The notes below the pieces were generated by a model. It had not been told where the DNA came from. It saw only the letters and a list, made by a program, of their open reading frames with translations, and ran no database searches. The translations under genes and the position numbers were made by a program. Positions 43,835 through 54,985 of a DNA stretch of 64,000 nt are shown here, piece after piece. Source of the stretch: Rebecca billardiae RCC1528 (lineage: Eukaryota > Protista > Haptophyta); the NCBI GenBank assembly GCA_965240325.2, contig OZ251236.1:1364001-1428000 (forward strand), in the 5' to 3' direction. The first letter of the stretch is position 1. Every line of letters starts with the position of its first letter.

Positions 43835-45741
43835 GCTGGATGGAGCGACACTTTGCCGCGTTGCGAGCAGACACCGACGCCGAGCCGCTGCGGCCACCTC
43901 CCGCGCAGCGCGGCCGAGGCGCGCAGTTTTCCCCCGTGCTGGCTGCTCCTGGCCTTCTGGTTGTACTCTCCTCCGGACTGCGCCGCCATCGTACCTCGGC
44001 GAGTCGGCGGGCACAGGCGCCCAGCCCGCGTGAAGCGAGTGCGATGGCGGAGAGTACCAGCCAGTGCTCCGGCCAACGATGGCGGCGGCGCGGCGCAGCC
44101 ACCGCAACCAAAGGACCATCAAATCCGCGACGAGCTCAGGGGTCGGTCGCGGTCGCAGCGCCGCCATTCCCCGATTGGCCACCAAACCTGGACGAGGACT
44201 TCCAGGCCGCAACCACCGGTGACGGATCACTCCACATACCAGGCATCAGCTGATCAGGTGAGGTGCGCTCGCGCTCGTGAGCCTCGCAACACGTCTTGCT
44301 CGCGCGGCGATGATTACACGCATGAACGGCAAGTACACCGTGCGCCGATCAACAACGAAAATCAAAATCCATGAGCCCGCTTGGCAGCCCAACGCTGGCG
44401 TCGGGCGTTCGCTCACTTCAGCCTGCTGCTCACAATCGATCTTCCCGCCCCCTCGCCCCGTCCTGCGATCCCGCAGGCGTGGCGCAGCAGTTTGCAGATT
44501 CAGCAGCATCAAATCATCAATGCAATCCATAATCGTCCTGACTGCTGCCGGGGTACGGGACTCATCGTCCGCGCGATTGCGGTATGTTCGCTTTTTTGGC
44601 AACCGCCAAGCGCCCGCCTTGGTCGGGGCCAAGATAGCAGAGATCGACCGATTAGTTAGATCCGGGCCGCGAAGCCGTTACGGGCTTAACGAGTCTGACA
44701 TAGCCACGGTCGTGATGACCGGACCGTCCGACACTGTTACTACTACCGCAGTGATCAGCTGTAATCGGCCATCCCCGCCCGCTTCCTTATGATTAGTTAG
44801 ACAATGATGATTCTTTGTTATTGTCAATCACGTATCCATCCGTTGCTGTTGCCAATAACGCCAAATACTTGTGTCAGGCGTATTGCCGTACGTGGATGAT
44901 GGCAACCCAATCTAGATACTTATTCAATCACAATTTCTTTGTTCAGCTGTATTGCCGCCGTCGCGTAGTATGGGTCGGTTGAGTTGCCGTTGCGCATCTT
45001 GCCATTGATTGGCTTGGATTCGCCACCGCCGGCGTGCGCGGCGTGCCCTTAGTGAGAGTCGAGTGAGCAGGCCGAGCTGATCCCAGGTAATCTAGGCTAC
45101 TGGTACAGTCCGTAAAAAAGTGATACGTTGCTCTGAACGACGGCGCGCTCACAGTTGAATGTCGTCGTCGTCGTTGGGAGCAGCGGGCGCATCGCTCAAT
45201 GCTGACAATGACAATGACAAGAGAGAATATCAGCACGATACGACACCGTCGACGACCGGACGTTCCGCCGTTAGTGCGGGTCATCACCGTATTAATAATA
45301 GATAGTCAGGAAGTCATACTAGTTAAGTGCATGCGTAAGTAGCTATCATCAACGGCGATCGATCTAAGTCCGGACACCGAACGTGATATATACGTACATA
45401 ATAGCGTCATTATATATTCCGAGCCCGCGCTCCCGTCTTAGGCCTTAGCGCATCCACAGATTGAGATTAGCAGTAGCAGAAGTCTGCTACATCTGTCATC
45501 ACTCACATCAGCCAATCGGCGCAGGGCTGATGATGACAACATCGCTGCCACGATCGGTGCATGGTCAGACCGTGCGGCCGGCAGGCCCAGCAGCCGCTCG
45601 AGGCCTGCCGAGTGCGCGCCAATTCTAACTAGAACTTTGCCAACGAGTATCAGTACGCGTGATGAAGACTCAGGATGAGAGCCAATTATTAATATATATC
45701 AACAGCACCGTCAATAATAGTTTTCAGCGAGCAGCATCAGA

Positions 45742-46575
45742 TCAGGAGGCGAGGCAGTTCGGCGGCTTAACAATCCACCAAGCTGGCCATTCATAGCAAT
45801 CATACGACCACGTCACATGCACGGTGGCGAAGTGAGAGCGTGCGAAATCTTGGAGCGCTGAGATCACTCCCCAGCGACTCCCAGGATTGTAAGGAACGCG
45901 ACCAACAATTGCCCCCTTCCCTGCAGTCTTCATGGGAAGTATCTTGTTCTGGTAGCGCTCCTTCGTAATATACTCGGTATCCTTAATGTCCCCATAGTCG
46001 TCACCGCTCAGCAACCCGCCCTCACGCAGCTTGGGCCACCACGCGCTAAGGTCCTTGGTGAGCGCATCGTGTGTGTGCAGAGCATCGATGTACAGCCAGT
46101 CAAAGTATCCGTCAGGGAACTGGGAGGCGGCGTCTGCCGAAAGAGCGCGCACCATCGTGTAGCGCGAAGCGTTTCCATTCACTGCGCGGTCAATCGCCCT
46201 CTCGGCCATCGCCATCACATCCATGTTTATCCGGTCATCCCTGAAGTTCTTGTCGGGAGGGTCACCCGGTCGCCAGGCCCACGCGTCGATCGCGTAGTAG
46301 TGGCCGAGCCAGTGCTTGACGTTCTTGGCAGAAAATTCTCCTCGGAAGACTCCAATCTCCGCAGCCCGGCCCGTGCGGAAGAAATGCCGCTGCGCCATCG
46401 CGGCAAAATCATCGCGGCACGGAGGTACTGCGAGAGAACTCGCAAAGCGCATGTGCTCAGAGACCTCAGCAAAGCACGCGGCTGCTTCGCTCTTGCCTTG
46501 CGCGCCGGACGCTATTCCCACTGCAGTCCATCTTACGAGCAGCCGCAGCCAGCACGAGCGCCCCGCGCGTGACAT
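45742..46575 (-). CDS. Class I SAM methyltransferase (Methyltransf_24-like) with signal/anchor peptide
   Basis: AEIGVFRGEFS, AIDAW and FPDGYFDWLYIDALHT..DLSAWWPKLREGGLLSGDDY. Confidence 0.9.
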   Translation of the reverse strand: MSRAGRSCWLRLLVRWTAVGIASGAQGKSEAAACFAEVSEHMRFASSLAVPPCRDDFAAMAQRHFFRTGRAAEIGVFRGEFSAKNVKHWLGHYYAIDAWAWRPGDPPDKNFRDDRINMDVMAMAERAIDRAVNGNASRYTMVRALSADAASQFPDGYFDWLYIDALHTHDALTKDLSAWWPKLREGGLLSGDDYGDIKDTEYITKERYQNKILPMKTAGKGAIVGRVPYNPGSRWGVISALQDFARSHFATVHVTWSYDCYEWPAWWIVKPPNCLAS

Positions 46576-46790
46576 GGCTGCTCTCACAGTCAGCTTCTCT
46601 CCCGCCACGACGCCGACGACGGCAAGGGTGGTCCCGGGCGGGCGACGACGGCAAGGGCGGTGCCGACACCCGGCCAGAGCCTAGCTGTAGAGTTAGATTC
46701 CACCCGTGACCCGTCCCGGACCGCGATGACGGGCATCGGCCCAGATAGTATGGCCAGATTTCTGCTGAGATTGAGGTGACGTACAGTTTA

Positions 46791-47002
46791 CAGTTTATTC
46801 GTTTTAACGTGCGTAATAAGGCTCACGGTGGCAGGTTGCCGCGCCATCCTTCATCGCACGCTCTCCAAGAGACACCTGAAACTGCGGTTTGAACCCATGA
46901 CCTCAGACGCAAGAGCACTCAAGATGGCGCGCCATACTGTTGGCGGCGGCGTCAATCACGCCTTAACCAAGTGTGATGCGCACGTTAAAACAGAGTAAAC
47001 TG
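46791..47002. mobile_element. 212-bp MITE of Tc1/mariner/pogo type
   Basis: TA|CAGTTTATTCGTTTTAACGTGCG ... CGCACGTTAAAACAGAGTAAACTG|TA: ~24-bp TIRs starting CAGT with flanking TA. The interior is repeated at ~2230-2355. Confidence 0.8.
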
Positions 47003-47434
47003 TAGCCGTACTCACCAAGTCACCATTGTCAGCATGATGGGCGGCAGATGGGCCGTCCTCGCGGACGACGCGGATGTTAGTTATGAGTTGTGACCCGCAT
47101 GTGAGGCTTCTGAGGACTGAGTATCCTAGACCTTAAATTCAGACGATTTATATGACGACGACTTCGCGTCGTCAATTGATATATATATATATATATGTCA
47201 GCAGTCGTCGTCATCAGCATCATCTCGATCTTCGGACTGTACGTCACCCGGTCCGATACCGTGGGCGTGGACAGCAGTCGGCGTCCGTCCGATCCGGCAG
47301 CTAGCCGTCACTGCCCGTCATATCAGACATATACTTATCGACTATGTCTATGATGTCAGTAGGGATGATGATGGATGCTCTGCTGAGTGCTGTGAGTCAG
47401 ACGCAGAGTCATCATCAATGATGGTCCGTACTCG

Positions 47435-49984
47435 TCAATGTCGCTCGCCATCGTCCACCTGCTTGATGTCGACGTCAGCACTGACACCGAAGAAGAGCGC
47501 GCGGCCGCCATCCAGCACGTCCAGGTCGCCGCTCATGTGCGCCACGCGCGCGCTCATCACGACGGGCTCCGCCTCGGGCCACAGGTTGAACGTCTCCTCC
47601 TCCTGCATCGGCGGCATCGAGTACACGCCCACCAGCACCATGTTCAGCCGCTCGCGCAGGTGCTCGTTGAGCAGCTTCTCGACCTTCTTCTTGACCGGGC
47701 CGAATCGCGAGAGCACGTCCTTGACGCCGTACTCGAGCACGCGCGGGTCGGCGAAGCGGTGCCACAGCTCGACGTTCGACGCGGTCAGCTCGCGCACGTC
47801 GACGCTCAGGCTGAGCTCGTCCTCGCTCGGCGCTCGGCACCACTCGCCGTCCTCCCGGCGCAGCGTCTCGATCAGCCCCGCGAGCTTCTCCGGGATGCTC
47901 CCCGGCCCCCACAGCTGGAACGGGCCGTGCGCACTCACGTCGATGGCCGTGCTGCCGTCGCCGGTGACGCTCAGCACGTCGAGCGAGTCGTCCCACTCCG
48001 CACTGAGGAGCTCCGGGCGCCTGCCGTCCGCCTCGGAAGCGGACGCGTCGCGCGTGCGGGCGGCCTCCGCCTCGTCAGCCGCCTGCACGATCGCTTCGGA
48101 CATCTCGAGCCGCGCCTGAGCCGCACGCCTGCTTGTGCTCGGGCACACGATCAGAAAGATCACGCAGCCCAAGCACACGAGAGCCGCGACCAGCCGGACC
48201 GGGAGCAATGGCTGCCGGACGAGGGCGACGACAGCGCGGCCCCGGCCGGAGCCGACGGGCGCACCGGTCGGTGGCGGCGCTCCACGGGTCCCCGTGCTGG
48301 CCTCCGCGTCGCCGCTTGCTTTGGGCTGCGAGCCGAAGCGACGTGCGCACGCGGGCACGAAGCTCGCCACGAGCGCCACGAGCGCGCACAGGGCCAGCAC
48401 CCAGTAGGAGACCACCAGGGGGCCGGTGCAGCACGGCGCGCTCGGCACGCCCGCCGCGTCGACGTACCCGATGTCGGCGCGCATCCCAAAGTCGGCCGCC
48501 ATGCGCAGCAGGGTGGCGTTGGCGCACGTTGGGCTGGGGATGCTCGAGAAGTGCAGCTGCGGCGCGCGCGTCGCGACGAACCGCGTTGACAGCATCCAGC
48601 GCGCCGAGTGGTAGTTGACGTAGTAGAGAGCGTGCCGCAGCCGCTGCAGCACGTCAGACTCTGAGCCAGCGGGCCGTGGCATCCGCGGCACCTCCACGTA
48701 CAAGGCGCCGGACTGGTAGAGCACGGCGAGGGCGACATTGAGGATGTCCGCCGAGCCGAACAGCTGCAGCGCGTGCGCGCGCGCCTGCGCGCTCGCGCTG
48801 TGCAACGCCGCCTTGTTCAGCGGCGGCGCGCCCCATCGCCGCACGACCTCGAGCTCAGCGCCCGCGTGCGTGTCGCCCAGCGCCGCGTGCCCGCGCACCT
48901 CCGACATGTACGCGTTGAAGAACAGCGCAAGGTAGTGCTCGCCGTCGGGCCGAGAGACGACGCTCGCGGGCTCCGACGCGCCGTACGTGAGCACGAACGG
49001 CATCCCCTCGACGATCGGGATGCCCTGCACCGCCGACGCCTGCGCGGAGTTCTCGTTGACGCTGTCAAACGCTGCGCCCATGTGCTCACACAGCATCGAG
49101 CGCACCTCCGACGCGATCGCCTGCTTGAGCGGCTCCTCCACCAGGCGCAGGATGAACTGCTCCGCCGGCGCGGCGTCGGGCAGCGAGATGTGCAGCTGCT
49201 CCATCCGCACGTCGCAGCCGCTCTCGCGCAGCTGGTAGCAGCCAAGCTCGGCCGCGCGCGCGCCCGCCGCGCGCTGCTCGGCCGCCGAGCCGAGCTGGCA
49301 TGGGCTGGCGTAGTCAATGTCGACCGAGACGGCGATGCCGACGTCACGCGCACTGACGGAGACGCGCGTGGTATCCTCGATGCGGATGAAGAACGTCTGC
49401 CACGCATGAGCCATGGCGCCGAACTCGAGCCCCAGGCCCCGCCCCGGGGTGGTCATGACAGTCGCTCGTGCTCCGGTGCCGCCATCGCCCGCCGACAGCA
49501 CGACGCGCATGGGGCCCTCGAGCCACAGGTTGATCCACTGGTCGTGGAGCTCCCAGTTCGAGCCGCGCATTTGCGGCAGGCCGCGCTCGGAGATGGAGTG
49601 CAACACCACGGGGAAGAGCTGCGAGATCGTCTGCGTGAGCGTCGACTCGCGCACCATCGCGGCGCCGGTGGTGCTGTCCGGCGTTGTGGGTGTGGGGCTG
49701 GGCAGGCCGTCGGAGGGCGAGCCGCCGTGAGACGGGCCGTGTGCGGTTGTCAGAGCCACGATGAGCACGACCAACGCCACGACGACCACGCAACACAGAG
49801 AGCCGCCGCAGTACAGTGCGCACTGATCGGTTCTGCCCGCCGGGGCTGCCGTTGCCTCCGCCTCTAAGGCTGCCGCGCCTGGAGCCGCGTCATGGGTGTC
49901 GGCAGGCGCCTTGGCGCCTTCTGGGTCCAGTTCGCTCCATGCGTGCTCGCGATCGGGCGTCACCCGGCTGCCGCACGCCCCCAT
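47435..49984 (-). CDS. BPI/LBP/CETP (TULIP) fold membrane protein with three predicted TM helices
   Basis: MGACGS start and Cys-rich TM. BPI1-like GCDVRMEQLHISL...FILRLVEEPLKQAIASEVRSMLCEHM; BPI2-like FGSADILNVALAVLYQSGAL. Confidence 0.72.
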   Translation of the reverse strand: MGACGSRVTPDREHAWSELDPEGAKAPADTHDAAPGAAALEAEATAAPAGRTDQCALYCGGSLCCVVVVALVVLIVALTTAHGPSHGGSPSDGLPSPTPTTPDSTTGAAMVRESTLTQTISQLFPVVLHSISERGLPQMRGSNWELHDQWINLWLEGPMRVVLSAGDGGTGARATVMTTPGRGLGLEFGAMAHAWQTFFIRIEDTTRVSVSARDVGIAVSVDIDYASPCQLGSAAEQRAAGARAAELGCYQLRESGCDVRMEQLHISLPDAAPAEQFILRLVEEPLKQAIASEVRSMLCEHMGAAFDSVNENSAQASAVQGIPIVEGMPFVLTYGASEPASVVSRPDGEHYLALFFNAYMSEVRGHAALGDTHAGAELEVVRRWGAPPLNKAALHSASAQARAHALQLFGSADILNVALAVLYQSGALYVEVPRMPRPAGSESDVLQRLRHALYYVNYHSARWMLSTRFVATRAPQLHFSSIPSPTCANATLLRMAADFGMRADIGYVDAAGVPSAPCCTGPLVVSYWVLALCALVALVASFVPACARRFGSQPKASGDAEASTGTRGAPPPTGAPVGSGRGRAVVALVRQPLLPVRLVAALVCLGCVIFLIVCPSTSRRAAQARLEMSEAIVQAADEAEAARTRDASASEADGRRPELLSAEWDDSLDVLSVTGDGSTAIDVSAHGPFQLWGPGSIPEKLAGLIETLRREDGEWCRAPSEDELSLSVDVRELTASNVELWHRFADPRVLEYGVKDVLSRFGPVKKKVEKLLNEHLRERLNMVLVGVYSMPPMQEEETFNLWPEAEPVVMSARVAHMSGDLDVLDGGRALFFGVSADVDIKQVDDGERH

Positions 49985-50040
49985 CGGCACGCGAGGACGC
50001 GATCGACGCGCGCCCGCGACCTCGAAAAGCGAGCGGGCGC

Positions 50041-51378
50041 GATTAGTTAGTCCGGCTTGAGGACCTTGGTTGTATAACCGCTCGGTTATGCGGGTATAAC
50101 TCACCGGTAGCCCTCATGAGGGCGGGCTGGCAGCCAGGGTCCGGCTGCCTGGAGGTTTTCCGGTCGTCAAGCCGAGCCAGGCCCGGATTGGGCGCGGGTC
50201 TGGATTTGCTCAGCAGCTGCTCAGCAAGCGATGCGCGTCTGGGTGCGGCCGCGCTCGCTGGCTGCACCTGCGGCGCTGCGGCCGGCGTGGCTGCTCTGGT
50301 CACCGCTGCGCTGGTGGCTGCTCCTCCTCTGGGAGTTGTTTCTTCCAGGTGCGTGTGCGTCGGCGGTAGGCCGCCCTCAGCCCTCGCTCTCTCCACTCGT
50401 GCACCTGCCCTGCTTGCTCTCTGCTTTCGATGGGGGCGCCTCGGAGCCGCTTCGAGGCGTCCCCGTCTGCAATCTTCTCATGCTCTATCTGCTTTCGATG
50501 GGGGCGCCTCGGAACCGCTTCGAGGCGTCCCCGTCTGCAATCTATCTTCTCATGCTCTGCTTTCGATGGGGGTGCCTCGGAACCGCTTCGAGGCGTCCCC
50601 GTCTGCAATCCTCTCATGCTCTGCTTTCGATGGGGGCACCTCGGAACCGCTTCGAGGCGTCCCCGTCTGCAATCTTCTCATGCTCTGCTTTCGATGGGGG
50701 CGCCTGGGAACCGCTCCCAGGCGTCCCCGTCTGCAATCTTCTCACGCTTCGCAGTCTCGCTTGCCTTCATCGCCTGGCGGGTGGGTGCTGCTCTCTCCTT
50801 CTCTGCCTCCTCCTCTGCAGTCTGCCGTGCACTGCTGTGTGTGGGATGCGACCTGCTACCTTATCTGACGCTACGCGTGCGTGTCTCGCGCCTGCTTCCC
50901 CCCTGCGCCGCCGCCGCCGCGCATGTCTTCGTGCCCACTGTCGCATGCCGTCTGGATCGTCCTTACTCATACAACCCTGCGGGGAGCCCCTCTGGGCCTC
51001 TGCCGCCTTCGGTCCTCGCGCTACCCCTTCGGCGGCCTCGGCCTCTTCGGGCCCCCGGCCACCACCCCTGCGGGGTGTGGCATTCCACACCTCCTTCTGG
51101 GTGGAGGCCCTCGAGGCCTCTGCCTCCTGGGGCGCCGCGCTCTGCCCAAACTTGCGTTGGGGGGGGGGGGGGGGGGGGGCGTCGGCTGCCAGCGCCTGCG
51201 GTCTACGTGCTCCATCGAGTACTTCCTCTTCGGCGTCTAGGCGGTCATCGGCTTCTGTCGGCGTAGTTGCTCGAATGCATCGGCGAGTCCTTCCTGGTCG
51301 GCGTCGCATCCTGGACGGCTTCGGGGGTGTGACCTAGTCACCTCACGCGTTTATCAACGCGGCCCCCACCTCAATCTA
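50041..51378. mobile_element. Unclassified insertion-like segment rich in hairpins, running into the assembly gap
   Basis: Abrupt compositional change at gattagttag (CTAACTAA on the minus strand), several short inverted repeats at 50075-50150, an internal tandem array and a poly-G tract. No recognisable transposase or RT. Confidence 0.4.
50419..50747 (+). repeat. Five tandem 64-bp units, each containing a 17-bp stem-loop
   Basis: Unit ctctgctttc-gatgggggcgcctcgga-accgc-ttcgaggcgtccccgtc-tgcaatcttctcatg. Confidence 0.93.
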
Positions 51379-51578
51379 NNNNNNNNNNNNNNNNNNNNNN
51401 NNNNNNNNNNNNNNNNNNNNNNNNNNNNNNNNNNNNNNNNNNNNNNNNNNNNNNNNNNNNNNNNNNNNNNNNNNNNNNNNNNNNNNNNNNNNNNNNNNNN
51501 NNNNNNNNNNNNNNNNNNNNNNNNNNNNNNNNNNNNNNNNNNNNNNNNNNNNNNNNNNNNNNNNNNNNNNNNNNNNNN
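51379..51578. other. Assembly gap (200 N)
   Basis: Run of N. Confidence 1.
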
Positions 51579-52301
51579 CTGGCGAGGTGCGAGCGGCGGG
51601 TCGCGGAAGCGAACGAGGCCTTGCATCTGCGCACGAACGCGCGCGACCGCCAGGCTCGGTGGCACCTCGAGGCGCTCCGACGGCGGCTGCCTCCTCAGGC
51701 GCTGCGCGGGCCGAGCACTGCCGAGCTCCTGCGCACGCGCGATGATCTGGTGGGGCAGGTGCGCCGCCTGCGCGAGCGCCAGGATGAGTCGAAGCGACGA
51801 TTGCGCGAGGTGACCGGCGCGTTGGACGCCCAGCAGCGGCGCGGCGACCGGATCGTCGCCCAGGTCGGGCCACTCGTGGACGAGCTGACCGCCCGCACGC
51901 GCGGCGAGCACCTCGCAGCTGTGCTTAGCACAGTCATCGTGCCCGCGCTTCGCCGAGCTCTCGAGCCGCACGAGCAGGGGGCGCGCGAGTTCAAGAGCGA
52001 CTCGTTGGGCTCTGTCCCGTGTCATGCCATGCTGGCGATGGGCCACTTCTACCTGAGCCGGTGCTCGCTGTGGAATGCTTCACACAGAGCAGGAGCGCCA
52101 AGCCCAACGGCGCAGAGCAATCCGGTGACACCCTCGGAGCACCTGCACCGCCGGGCGAAGGACATCGCAGCGACAGGCTCATGCTGCTCGGACGCGGCTC
52201 ACGCGGCACACACCGCCGTCACGATTCACGACAAGGCGGCCTTGCGCTTCGTCGAATCGGCTCTGGACCGGCTAACCGCACTCCCGCCGACATCCTGGTG
52301 A
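51579..52301 (+). CDS. Partial coiled-coil-like coding fragment truncated by the gap
   Basis: Open frame with heptad-like LLRTRDDLVGQVRRLRERQDESKRRLREVTGAL; no family recognised. Confidence 0.35.
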   Translation: MARCERRVAEANEALHLRTNARDRQARWHLEALRRRLPPQALRGPSTAELLRTRDDLVGQVRRLRERQDESKRRLREVTGALDAQQRRGDRIVAQVGPLVDELTARTRGEHLAAVLSTVIVPALRRALEPHEQGAREFKSDSLGSVPCHAMLAMGHFYLSRCSLWNASHRAGAPSPTAQSNPVTPSEHLHRRAKDIAATGSCCSDAAHAAHTAVTIHDKAALRFVESALDRLTALPPTSW

Positions 52302-52869
52302 GGCATCACCGGAATCGCAGATCGGGCAACGACTAGCTACTCCACTACGTAGCGTCTGAATCCTGATGAGTGATGTCTGATGAGGCTGTCGGCACGGGCG
52401 TTCGTCGCGGTCATTCCGACTCGAGACTGCTCGACAGGCGACTCGGTGATCATCGATTACGGCGACGATCTATGTATATATATATATTGTTAAATAATTA
52501 GTTAATTATGGCCCGCGGTGTAGGGCGGAGCGCGTAGCGTGGAGCCCCGCCGGGGGCCCTCACTACGTTGTCAAAAAGATCTTTTGATCAAAGAAAAGGG
52601 GACGGGGGACGATTTTGAGGGGTGTTGGAGGGTGAGTTTTCGCTTTTTCGAGGGGTACGTTGGCCCATAGTGCTCTGCATTAGCAACTACGCGCTTGACG
52701 AAATAAGCGCGCCCACGCCATTCCGCATAAGTCGATAGACGGACGTGGGATCAGATACCCCGGGGGTTAACCAAGTGAGTATTTTTGTCATTCTTGTATG
52801 CTGGAGTACGAGTTTGCCGAGCGACGTTTGATTGTTTTGGGTCGAAAACAGCTATGAGGCCAGATGCTT

Positions 52870-53040
52870 CTGAATAGCGCTTTGTTTAAACACCTACCCG
52901 CCTGTCTCGATGGATGAACCGCCCTATAAATTAAAAGAGATTCTTTTGAATAGCGCTTGTTCAACCACATTACCCGCCTGCCTCGATGGATGAACCGCCT
53001 GTGCACTAATGTTAAACGAGATTCTTTGAATGGCGCCTAT
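52870..53040. repeat. Imperfect ~77-bp tandem repeat (about 2.2 copies) in an AT-rich segment
   Basis: tgaatagcgctt...tacccgcctg.ctcgatggatgaaccgcc...gagattcttt repeated. Confidence 0.8.
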
Positions 53041-53599
53041 GGCGGCTTGTTAAAACGCAACAAGTTACCCGCCTACAAACCGGGCCTAAGCGCAACCTTT
53101 TGAAAGTGCATGTTGATGTGCATGGTCAGGGTCCTCCTCAACTACTGCATGTCGGCGTACTGCGTGCGCGCGCGGCGCGCTGTTATTTACCGATGCATCA
53201 CTTGGTGCTGGAAACATAGGCCATACACGGGCACTTGGAAGTGATCAAGTTTTGCTACTTATTCACTAAACAGATTTTAGATACGCGAATAAGTTGGATA
53301 CTCGGAGCCGCCAGGCGCGCGCGCGGCGCCGTATATTTATTCGAGTAGCGAGGGAGTCCCCACGGCTGCTCGCTCGCTCGTTTGCGTTCGTCGCTGCGGC
53401 GCCCTGGCCGGGGACGTGCGTGTCGGCGCCGCGTACGCCGCGGTGCGCGCGTGGTGGCGGGAGCCGGCCGGCCGCTGGTCTCCCCCTCGCGCTCTGCTCT
53501 CGCCCTCGCGCTCCGCTCCGACGGCTCTCCCCGAGGCGTCGCGCGCGTCTCGGTCCGCGGTCTCGCCTCAGAGTCTCGCCAGGCCGTGCCGACGGCGCG

Positions 53600-54836
53600 C
53601 ACACAGCGCCCCGCTGCAAAGCATGCGCGACGAGATCGCGGCGGGGGCGGCGAGATCGCGGCGGAGGCGGCGGTCAACAGCCTGCCCGCGGGCGCGTTCG
53701 TCGCTCGAGGAGGAGCGCGCAAGGGCGAGCCGAGTCCGGAGCACGCTCACGAGCTCGTTGGCGACGCCTTGAGGATCGGAGCGCGCCCGGAGCCACGCAG
53801 CGGAGATGAGCCGGATGCGCCCGGAGTTCGCGCAGCTGAAGGGCGAGCTCGAGCACGCGAGCTCGCTCCTCGACGCCGAGCGCGAGCTCCTCCTCAACTC
53901 GGTCGACGGCGGCGCTGAGGTGCAGCAGCGTGAGGACGAGCAGCGGACGGCCAGTGCCGAACGCTCGCATGAGACACTGCTGCCACGCGAGCGCGGCCAG
54001 CGCGAGGAGCTGCGAGGGGAATGCGCCGCGCGCGTCGACGCGGCGATCACCGGGCTGCAGGCCTCGGCCGTCGACGCGTTGCGCACCCTCGCCGCCAGCC
54101 GCGACGAGTCCGCCGTCGAGCTGCAGCCGAGCTGCAGCCGAGCTGCGCGCGCACGGATGGGCGGCGTCACACAGGCTACACTGATGCCAGAGACTAGAGA
54201 GGCCGTGCTGCATGCCAGCACGTGTGCGCGGAGGCGCTGTGCGCCGAGCTGGCGAAGCGCGGCGCCGAGCTCGACGCGCTGCGCGACGCGGCGACGGACG
54301 CGCTGGGCGCGCGCGGCGCCCTCGTCGCGACGCCCCGTGCAGCAGCTCGAGCAGCCAGCTGTGGAGTAGACGGCCGTCGAGGCCGGATCGGCGCCGGTTG
54401 AGCGCGCACGGGCTCCGAGCCTGCCGCTGGCTGGCCGCCGCCGTCTTCGAGGCCGCCGACGCGGCGGAGGAGGCGGCGGGCGAGCACGGCGGCGCGGTGG
54501 AGCAGGCGCGCACGCGCGGCGGCAGGCGCGACGCCCCGCTCGCCTCGTTCCACCCCGAGCTCCCGCTCGGCCTCGGTCTCGGTGCGCGGCTGCGCAGCGG
54601 CAGGCCGGGGCAGCCGCGTGGCGCGCGCTCTCGCTCTGCCGGCACGAGGCGAGCCGGCTGAGCGACCAGCGGCCCGTCGTCGAGCGCATGGCGCAGCGCG
54701 AGCACCTCAAGCAGGTGCGCCCGCACGCGCGCACGCGCCGGCCCGCGCCACGGCGGCCGCTTCCCCGCGCGGCCCGGGCGGCGCGTCGGCGTCGGCGACA
54801 GTGACTCGGCCCGCCGGCCCGGTGGGCGGCAACTGA
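53600..54836 (+). pseudogene. Frameshifted coiled-coil gene remnant
   Basis: Coding-like codon bias (RPEFAQLKGELEHASSLLDAERELL...; LAAAVFEAADAAEEAAGEH) distributed over different frames with stops. Confidence 0.45.
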
Positions 54837-54985
54837 GTTGGCGGTGGCAGCTCAGGCGAACTGTTACGCATGTCAGACTGACGGCAGCCGACGGAGGGTG
54901 CACCGCGGGCCCCTAACTGCGTTGGTTCTACGGAAGGACCGCGGAACGCGGTCATTATATAAATAATAGTAATATATCGGTTCCG

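Noticed and set aside
43835-44230. N-terminal extension of the DUF2779 ORF
   Set aside because: Begins at a non-ATG codon, is Arg/Pro-rich and lies upstream of the conserved family start; likely UTR or promoter.
44246-45287. Short ORFs between the nuclease and methyltransferase genes
   Set aside because: No domain signal or coding bias. The shared gattagttag with 50041 is too short to define an element.
46860-46945. tRNA gene
   Set aside because: Only a T-arm/B-box-like fragment; no cloverleaf can be drawn and it lies inside a MITE.
50419-50747. CRISPR array
   Set aside because: The sequence between hairpins is essentially identical in every unit, so it is a tandem repeat.
51354-52046. Minus-strand ORFs spanning the N run
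   Set aside because: Artefacts of translating through the assembly gap.
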